64,000 bases of DNA from Octopus vulgaris (lineage: Eukaryota): NCBI GenBank assembly GCA_951406725.2, contig OX597823.1, positions 79,546,001-79,610,000 on the forward strand. Direction: 5' to 3'. Both the position numbers and the translations under genes were made by a program. Shown one piece after another: positions 55,205-64,000 of the stretch. The stretch's first letter is position 1. Every line of letters starts with the position of its first letter. The notes under the pieces were generated by a model. That model saw nothing but the letters and a program-made list of their open reading frames with translations. It had not been told where the DNA came from and ran no database searches.

Positions 55205-55418
55205 AAGTAAAGTATACTCGCCCTCTCAATATGGCTAACCACTAAGGGTGGGTGTTACTGTAGCTTTTAGCCCCAGGAGATCATCGTCTCCAGCTGGCTT
55301 TAGGCACACTTCTGTGCGCTTATGGTATTTGCAAGGGGAGGTCATCCCTCTCTGGTAAACCTAAGTGATACGCACGGACTGCAGTTTCGAGGTATTTGCC
55401 TCTTGTCAACGTATATAT
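55205..55418 (-). mobile_element. Hammerhead-bearing repeat between (TA)n tracts (PLE pseudo-LTR or retrozyme-like)
   Basis: Homologous to the arms of the 39433-39654 palindrome; carries the motif at 55368-55418. Confidence 0.65.
55368..55418 (-). ncRNA. Candidate type I hammerhead ribozyme, U3-A8 core variant
   Basis: atatatacg TTGACAA gagg-caaata-cctc GAA actgcagt C cgtgcgtat: stems I and II pair, palindromic stem III, GUC triplet. Confidence 0.65.
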
Positions 55419-55530
55419 ATATATATATATATATATACATGCATATAGATAAATAGATAGATAGACAGACATTGTATATACGCATTCATATCATCATATG
55501 TTACATATTTCTATATGTCAAGGTGCACGC

Positions 55531-55574
<44 letters not shown>

Positions 55575-55576
<2 letters not shown>

Positions 55577-55961
55577 TCTTTTACTATCTTTCACTCTTTT
55601 ATTTGTTTCAGTCATTTGACTGTGGCCATGCTGGAGCACCGCGTTTAGTCGAGCAAATTGACCCCAGAGCTTATTCTTTGTAAGCCTAGTACTTATTCTA
55701 TCGGTCTCTTTTGCCGAACCGCTAAGTTACAGGGATGTAAACACACCACCATCGGTTGTCAAACATATACACACACATACATATACATATACATATCCGA
55801 CGCGCTTCTTCTAGTTTCCGTCTACCAAATCCACTCACAAGGCTGTGGTCGGCCCGAGGCTATAGTAGAAGACACTTGCCCAAAGTGCCACGCAATGCGA
55901 CAGAACCTGGGCCCATGTGGTTGATAAGCAAGCTACTTACCACACAGCCACTCCTACGCCT
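55575..55961 (-). mobile_element. SINE family A, full length
   Basis: Reverse complement of 3151-3550. Confidence 0.9.
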
Positions 55962-56628
55962 ATATATATATATATGAATGCACGTATGTATGTACGTATG
56001 TATGTATGTATGTATGTATGTATGTATGTATGTATGCATGCATGCATGTATGTATATATGTATGTATGTATGTATTATCTTTTATAAGTATATATTTCGC
56101 TCTGGTGGAACTTTTCAAAACATTAGTTCGAAAATTGAATAATTGGATGTATAGAAAAATCGTAGACGTGACTTATTCTCTAGAACGTATGCGGAAAGTG
56201 ACAGAATAAAATTTTGTATGAAAGGTTAATTTCTTTAAAATTCGGTTGTAATAATACATGCAGCTGATTTGGAAATCAGTTGCGAGGAATTTGTTATTGG
56301 AATATAGTGATTGAGAACATACATCATATGCTATTGTTGACGTTTCTTTTTTTTAACTTTATTTAAAACCTGATTAACGGGGGAAGCAAGAAAAGCCGTA
56401 CAGAGCAACAGTGAGTGGTTGCTTGAACTAAAAGGTGTACAACATTTCGCCGTGTATAGGTGTTGGAGAATATGTTCGGTAAATAAGAGCGCGACAAATC
56501 GCATCCGTGCAATCAAAGATACTCGTAAATTCAATTTACTCCACTGCAAACTAGTGTGGTTATATCTCTTTTTATTGTATGCGTTTGTTCTTGTGCCTTC
56601 TTTTGTTTTGACGAATAATCACATCCTC

Positions 56629-56722
<94 letters not shown>

Positions 56723-56819
56723 CCTGGAAATACACGATACGTTATACAAGCTTGTCCGACCATTGCATTTTCAGAGTATGAAACTGATAGTAGCTCGAGT
56801 TTAAATCTTGTCTATATTG

Positions 56820-57028
56820 ATTTCAAATTTTGGCACAAAGCCAGTAATTTCAGGAGAGGGGCAGATCGATTACATCGACCTCAATGCTCAACTAGTACTT
56901 ATTTTATAGAGATGGAAGGATGAAACGCGAAGTCTACCTTGGGTGGAATTTGAATTCAGATCGTAAAAACGGATGAAATGCCGCTAAGCATTTTGTCCGG
57001 CATGCTAACGATTTTGCCAGCTCGCCAC
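56820..57028 (-). mobile_element. SINE family B
   Basis: Direct match to family B. Confidence 0.85.
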
Positions 57029-57124
57029 TGTGTATATTAAAAGACATACATATATACAGACAGACAGACAGATAGACCGACATATGTGTGTACGTGTGTA
57101 TCAGAGCGTGTGTGTGCGCGCTTG

Positions 57125-57415
57125 CGAGGTGTGTGGCCAAGTGGTTAGGGTGTTGCACTTACGATTGCTAGATTATGGGTTCGATTCTCGAACAGGGCGG
57201 CGCATTGTGTTCTTGAGCAAAACACTTCATTTCACGTTGTTCCAGTCCATTCAGCTGTAAATGGGTGACTCTGCAATGGAAGTTTCCCGATTAGCTGAAA
57301 TACTGGCCTCCTCGTTCAGCCAGCAGGGTGACAACCTTCGAAGGCTACAACAATGCGAAGCGCATTGTGACCAGCGACATATAACAACATCTGGTCAACA
57401 TCGTTATACCGTGAT
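57125..57415 (+). mobile_element. SINE with family D head and type 3 tail
   Basis: Head as 36222-36360; tail as the reverse complement of 54849-54960. Confidence 0.75.
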
Positions 57416-57897
57416 ATACATACATACGCACACGCACACATACATACATACATATTGTTAAACATGTATATCAATAATCCTTGATGGAATTTATAAATAT
57501 TTACTGCATTGCTACGCGAGTTTCCACAAATCACATGTCTCTTAAGATCACAATCCGTATTCCTGGAATGATTACAGTGTAGTCAGTAGTATCCGTGAGC
57601 ATTGGGCAGATAATCTTCATAGATTCATAGATTTCTTCAGGCAATTCACCAGTCAGCATCATTAGACTGTGGCCAGCATAATGGAGTAGAAGCTCATTTT
57701 GTATATCCAAAATGTTTCCTGTAAAAAAATTTAAAAGATGTATATATATATATAAATTAAGTACCAATTACACTCTGGGGTCGATATAATCGACTTAATC
57801 CGTTTGTCTGTCCTTGTTTGTCCCCTCTGTGTTTAACCCTTGTGTGTAGTAAAGAAATAAGTATTTCTGTTTCTGTGTGCAAAGATATGGTTTATAC

Positions 57898-58388
57898 CAG
57901 TGGTTCTCGAACATTTTTCCGGCTATCGCCCTCTTGACACCCGAGTCACATTCCTAGCGCCCCCATCCCAACTAACCACCACAAGCACAGACCTCTTTCT
58001 AAAACAAATTCAAAGCAACTGTATTTCACAAATAAAACTTAATTTAATGAACCCATTATTTTATACGAATCGCTACCCCATTATCGCCCCAATTTTTGCA
58101 TGAACCGCTTCTCCATTATCGCCCCACTTTTCTTCATTTTGAGTGGAATATGATTTCAGTTGCAAAAGTGTAATGAATATATAATTTTACATGTTATGAG
58201 GCTTCCTCTGTTGTGATATGTTCTCTCAACCCTTATGACGGTGTAATCAAGTATTTTGAATATCCTGTGTTGTTGGTATAAAAATGTGATTTGAGTTATC
58301 ACAAAATCGTATAAACATTTTTAGTTACGTAAAGAGTTTTTTAACCGTTACTCTTAGAGCTTTCCACTGCCCACTTTGGGAACCACTG
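57898..58388. mobile_element. hAT (Charlie-like) MITE
   Basis: TIRs cagtggttctc / gggaaccactg; degenerate 8-bp TSD gtttatac / gtttatgt; repeated atcgccc subterminal motifs. Confidence 0.75.
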
Positions 58389-58459
58389 GTTTATGTTAAT
58401 AATTTATTTCCATACAGCGTTGGCTAAAAAATACTTTTAGGCATAAAGTTGTAGTGAAT

Positions 58460-58824
58460 GTTAATTGCCCAATCAATAATTCGTCGAAATTTTACAGAAA
58501 ATAACATCGACCAATTACGAACTCTCCAACTGGAAATATGCAACTGTTATATTTGAAATTGAAACAACCTTAAAAGAACATCCGATAGCATTTGTAGCAA
58601 TTATTTATTTATAATCACCAATATGCATTTTAAGCTGTTTCTGTCGTTTAGCCTACAACGCATTTTTAGAGATGTTGAATCACGTTTCCCTGTGCGTAAG
58701 TGCGTATGTGAGTGCGCGTGTGTGTGCGCATGTTTAAGGAACTTGAAATGCAGTAAACATAGATCAACGGGTGAACCTACCTGCCTTAATTAGCTCTCAA
58801 ATCACACCCTTTGTTTTATAATAT

Positions 58825-58874
<50 letters not shown>

Positions 58875-59724
58875 CAAGGCTGGGAAGCAACGGTCGAGGC
58901 TACAGCTTCTTTAATCGTTGGTTCAGAACTAAACGACAACAACAACAACTAGTGGGAGCTCAATGGCCCAGTGGTTAGGGCAGCGGACTCGCGGTCGTAA
59001 GAACGTGGTTTCGATTCCCGGTCCGGGCATTGTGAGTGTTTACTGAGCAAAAACACCTAAGCTCCACGATGCTCCGGCGAGGTAGGGGTGAACCCCGCTA
59101 TGCTCTTTCACCACAACTTTCTCTCACTCTTTCTTCCTACTTCTGCCACAAAACAGAGGAACCATGGTGTAACCCACTATGGTGTTATAAACTTTCAGAC
59201 CCTAATCTAGATTGCGAATCCTCTCTACCCCAGGATGGTTCAGATCTCTACTGGTTAAAAAGCCACCTTTTACGGAATGAGGATAACAACGTAGCTTTCG
59301 CGCCCGTGCAACCGCCAGTCTATCGCGTGCGGTGGGTGGATCTTCAAGTTGGCACACGCATTTCTTAGTAGCTTAGAGTAGGCTCGAATTAGAAGATTAT
59401 TCTTTGTGGCTAATGGCGTGAGTCCTGATTGAAAGAAAGAAGAAGAAGAAGAAGAAGAAGAAGAAGAAGAAGAAGAAGAAGAAGAAGAAGAAGAACAAGA
59501 ACAAGAACAAGAACAAGAACAAGAACAACAACAACAACAACAACAACTTAAAATACATATTAGAGGTTATGAATAAATAATTGTAAAACGAAATGCTATC
59601 GGACGTTCTTTTGCGGTTGTTTTAATTGCCAATATAACAGTTGCATATTTTCACTTGGTGAGTTCATAATTGGTTAATGTTATTTTCTGTGAAACTTCGA
59701 CGAATTATTAATTGAGCAATTAAC
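58460..59724. mobile_element. Foldback element with ~155-bp inverted arms and nested insertions
   Basis: 58460-58614 is a diverged reverse complement of 59567-59724. Confidence 0.8.
58954..59547 (+). mobile_element. SINE family C with a fourth 3' segment ending in (GAA)n(GAACAA)n(CAA)n
   Basis: C head and core at 58954-59140, then unique sequence to 59430 and a simple-repeat tail. Confidence 0.7.
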
Positions 59725-60469
59725 TATATAATAATTGTTTTTCCTGAAATATAGCAATTATAGTTTTGAAATATATTTCAGAGATAAATTATTTTTCATT
59801 TCTCTAATGCATTGTTTTTAACACAATATATTCTTTTCTGAAGAAATATTTTATTTCAATTGTCTCCATTACATTTATCGGCTCTTCTGTATTGTCTAGC
59901 TGCATACCAGTCCTACCTGATGCAACCAGTATCTCTTCATATTGCCAACTTTATTATTCTTCTATCTCTTGGCCTTCAAAATCAGTAAACCCCCAAACGT
60001 GCAGAGTGTAAACGCATTGTAATTCTCTCAATGCCTACGTCTTTATTTTTTATATCATTATTATTCTTGTAGAACATCTACATGCGGTTAAAAATACATG
60101 TGTATGTAACAAAAGTACTGACGAAGATGAAGGTGCAATAATCAGTTACGATCCTTTCTTGAACCAAGATAAAATTATTTTCATTGCTTGCCGTTCATGT
60201 GTCATCTCACAGATTCTTTTGAATAATTGTCTCTTAAATAAGTTGGCTCCTTGTATTTAATACTTCATTTACTAAGTTGCGTCCATTCATTTCTTTGTAT
60301 ACATAAGGAGTGTGATACTTTTTGTACTCATAAATATGTTTGCACGACTGTTTATCCGTATATATTGAGAAAATTCCCCCAATATATCATTGATAATACC
60401 AGTTGATCTCTGGATTTTATAATCCCTAAGGAGGACGTTACATCCTCAGTTTCAGTACGTATATATATA

Positions 60470-60780
60470 TAAATAGTTAATCCAAACAAGAAAACACAGA
60501 AAAAAAGAGAAAAAAAGAGAAAAAAACACAGCAACGCAGGACGTGGAACAATTAAAGTATTATTGACGCTCAGGAAAGAAGGGAAGGAGGGTTTAACGTT
60601 TCGAGCGGAGCTCTTCGTCGGAAACAAGGAGAAGGAAAGGTCGCAAGGCGGGAAGACAGAGGAGAAAATATATGAGCTGGTGGTGCTTAAGAGATCACAT
60701 GTTGAAAGAACAGAATTTAAAGGTAGTTGAAATATGGTTTTATAATGCAAGAGAGTTCCAAAAAAGGGAAGGAATGCCTG
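60470..60780 (-). mobile_element. Penelope-like pseudo-LTR with minimal hammerhead motif (60591-60625)
   Basis: gttt-CCGACGA-a-gagc-tcc-gctc-GAA-acgt-T-aaac; shares the downstream ttcctgagcgt motif with the 5768 and 37497 family. Confidence 0.65.
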
Positions 60781-60949
60781 TGTGTGTGTGTGTGTGTGCA
60801 AGATGACAAGTGTGTTTGTGCGTGCGTGTGTGTGTGTGTGTGTATTTTTGGTGAATAAAGCCAATGACAAAGCCAGCTGTCATGATGACTGCTAGCTGTT
60901 TGTGTCAAGCCAGGTCAAAGCCGGGTCAAAAAAACAAAGGCCTATATGT

Positions 60950-61261
60950 ATCATGTGTATGTGTTGTTTGTTGTGTGTGTGTGTGTGTGTGTGCATGTGT
61001 GTGTTCGTGTGTGTATGCGTAGAGTGTGGGTGTGTGGCGAGTAGCTGTTTAACCTAGTACGTGTGTGCTTGTACGTGCGTGTGTGTGTGTAGGGATGTAT
61101 ATGTGGGTTCATTTGTGTGAGAGTGTATGTAGGTACGTGTATGTGTGTGCGTGTATGTGTGCGTTTGTATGTGTTTGTGTGCATGTGTGCGTGCGCGGAT
61201 ACGTGTATATTGTGTAGGTATATCTGTCGGTGTGTATGTAAGTTTGTGTGTGTTTGTACGT

Positions 61262-61297
<36 letters not shown>

Positions 61298-62387
61298 GTG
61301 TGTACGTGCGTGCGAGTGAATGTATGTATATATGTGTGCGTGTGTGTACGATGTAGGGGCTTATATGTGTGTTTATATGTGTGTGTGTATGTGTGTATGT
61401 GTGTGTATGTGCATATGTGTGTATATGTATGTGTGTGTATGTGTGTATGTATGTGTGTATGTGTGTGTGTATGTGTGTATGTATGCATGTGTGTATGTAT
61501 GTGTGTATGTGTGTGTGTATGTATGTATGTATGTATGTATGTATGTATGTATGTGTGTGTGTGTGTATGTATGTGTGTGTATGTGTGTAAGTGTGTGTGT
61601 ATGTATGTATGTATGTGTGTATGTATGTATTTTTGCATGCATGTATGTGTGTATGTGTGTGTGTGTACATATGTATGTTTATGTATGTGTGTGTATGTAT
61701 GTATTTATTTATTTATGTAGTGTATGTATGTGTGTGTATGTATGTATGTGTGCATGCGTGTATGTGTGCATGTGTATGTATGTATGTATATATATGTGTG
61801 TGTATGTATATATATGTATGTATATATGTGTGTATGTATGTGCGTATGTATGTATGTGTGTGTATGTGTGTGTGTATGTGTGTGTATGTATGTATGTATG
61901 TATGTATGTATGTGTGTGTATGTATGTGTGTGTAAGTGTGTGTGTATGTATGTATGTATGTGTGTATGTATGTATTTTTGCATGCATGTATGTGTGTATG
62001 TGTGTGTGTGTACATATGTATGTTTATGTATGTGTGTGTATGTATGTATGTATTTATGTATGTAGTGTATGTATATGTGTGTATGTATGTATGTGTGCAT
62101 GCGTGTATGTGTGCATGTGTATGTATGTATGTATATATATGTGTGTGTATGTATATATATGTATGTATATATGTGTGTATGTATGTGCGTATGTATGTAT
62201 GTGTGTGTATGTGTGTGTGTATGTGTCTGTATGTATGTATGTATGTATGTGTATGTGTGTAAGTTTGTGTGTATGTATGTATGTATGTATGTATGTATGT
62301 ATGTACGTGTGTGTGTATGTATGTGTGTGTATGTATGTGTGCGTGCGTGTGTGTGTATGTGTGTGTGTATGTATGTATGTATATGTA

Positions 62388-62422
<35 letters not shown>
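60950..62422. repeat. TG/TATG low-complexity field containing a 345-bp tandem duplication (61588-62260)
   Basis: Landmarks gtgtaagtg and atttttgcatgcatg recur 345 bp apart. Confidence 0.9.
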
Positions 62423-62427
<5 letters not shown>

Positions 62428-62567
62428 AGTTCAGTAAAAATTTAAATTCAGATGAATATGGTACTTAAGTTAAAGGCACCAGAATTTGGTGTGGTATTAT
62501 GCATATAAATCAAATGGGGTGATTATAATCAAAATAATACCCTTGTTGGTTATTTTGATTATATATA

Positions 62568-63260
62568 AAACTTAGATAAACTTAGATATGTTTCGACCAA
62601 AGATTGGTTCAGGCCATGTCTAACTTAATAGCACAACCCGATAGGATTACTCGAATCCTGTTTAAGTCAAGTTTTGTTTATGGTCCATTCAAGTAGTGAG
62701 TTTTTGTTGGATGAATTGTATCCAATTATGGGTGACTTATCTGATATTCTTTGAAGGAATCTATCCAGACTCCGTTTAAAGTTGATGGGATCCTTTTCCT
62801 CTTTGATCGCTTTCAGGACAATGTTAAATAGGGCAGGGCCTGTTGAGGAAAAGAAATTATGTTGCAGTGTACATGTATGCTGTGATCTTGAATTGGGCAG
62901 GGGACGTATGACCAGTGGTCCCAGTCTTGGATGAACCTTGAAGCTAACGTTTAGGTCGTTTGGGCAAAGTTGGCGGTATATTCTCCACATCGTACTAATG
63001 ATGTACCGCTCACGGCGACGCTGGAGAGAGTAGAGTTTCAAGGCTTTTAGGCGACCCCAATAATCGAGAACAGCCATGCCTTCAATTCGTTTAGTGAGTG
63101 CCCTCTGGGGTGATTCAATCCTCGAGATGTTTTGTCTTGTATGGGGATACCTCAGTGGGCAGCAATATTCGAGGTGTGGCCGTACAAAGGAGGAGAAAAG
63201 TGGTATGATGACACCTTGTTCTCTGGACCGAAAAGTTCTTAAGATCCAGGAACTCATCAT
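62568..63260 (-). mobile_element. 5'-truncated CR1-type LINE, second family (ORF2 C-terminus 62667-63260, 3' stem-loop, (ATCTAAGTTT)2 tail)
   Basis: WILRTFRSR..LFSSFVRPHLEYCCP...IESPQRALTKRIEGM..DYWGRLKALKLYSLQRRRERY...GPALFN..FKRSLDRFL. Confidence 0.92.
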
Positions 63261-63555
63261 TCAGGAAATATATATAGACTGTGGTAAACAGTCTAATTTA
63301 CATTTTATATCAACATAAGAAAACAGTGAATCCGAAGTACTGTTTACCTAGTGACCAGACTGAAACATGTGTAGGCCTTTTAATGCTTGTTTTATAATAT
63401 TTATAAATATATGTTGCTTTAAATTTTATTTGTAGTCACTTATTTACTATATTTTATTGTGCTAAACATGATACAAATAAAATAAGTATCCATTATTATT
63501 TCTGTTTTCTTACGTTGATATAAAATGCATACACGTGTGTATGTGTGTGTGTGTA

Positions 63556-63601
<46 letters not shown>

Positions 63602-64000
63602 TTCGCTCAGGAATTGCGATACTAATACCCTGGTGTAAAACACAATATACATATGCTTCGTAATGAAGCGCTAGATGAGTATAAGCGGTAATACAAATAG
63701 ATCTATCTACTGATAGATCATTCGATCATTATACACATCTTAGAATTAATCTCATTCTAACTGTGGGAGGAGTCCTTGGTCTTCATCTCCCACATATATA
63801 CTTTCTCTTTGGTAATGCCTCCTTGTATATAAGCCTAAATGTATTTGTGTGGGATAGAATATTTTGAGTGGAATATGATTTCAGTTGCAAAAGCGGTGCG
63901 TCACCTCTTGACTTATCAGTATTTCTGGAAGGCCAGGACGTCTTATGAACATTAGCCACTGATGTGGTGTAATGAATATATAATTTTACATGTTATGAGG

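Noticed and set aside
58954-59030. tRNA genes at SINE heads (also 3151, 23292, 36222)
   Set aside because: A and B boxes are present but there is no complete cloverleaf, and each continues into a SINE body.
60951-62468. Long ORFs up to 382 aa rich in V/C/M/Y or H/T/I (also 4266-4879, 32606-33353, 49848-50411)
   Set aside because: Translations of TG/TA/TATG microsatellites that lack stop codons.
62585-62620. Hammerhead-like ctgaaccaatctttggtcgaaac on the minus strand
   Set aside because: Lacks nGA of the core; its position just before the tandem tail fits the 3' stem-loop of the CR1 element.

Overview
AT-rich, repeat-saturated eukaryotic DNA. The SINE families and dense (TA)n/(TG)n/(GATA)n/(TATG)n microsatellites strongly suggest a coleoid cephalopod (Octopus-like) intergenic or intronic region; this is recognition from memory, not a database result. 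I find no credible host protein-coding gene; nearly all listed ORFs are microsatellite or SINE read-throughs. Real coding remnants are all transposon-derived: two CR1-type LINE families, RTE fragments, a Penelope-like element (PLE) with RT thumb and GIY-YIG domain, mariner ends and a decayed DNA transposase. Non-coding elements include four tRNA-derived SINE families, a solo LTR with a perfect 5-bp TSD, a Helitron whose empty site is present in the window, hAT and mariner MITEs, and foldbacks. The most notable signal is a near-identical 545-bp tandem array (20323-22843) with one inverted partial copy. Each unit carries a type I hammerhead-ribozyme-like motif with a palindromic stem III, as in retrozymes or PLE pseudo-LTRs. 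At least five more hammerhead-like motifs from other families occur next to (TA)n tracts. One has a compensatory U3-A8 core, and its family also forms a 109-bp-arm palindrome. All ribozyme calls are by eye and untested.
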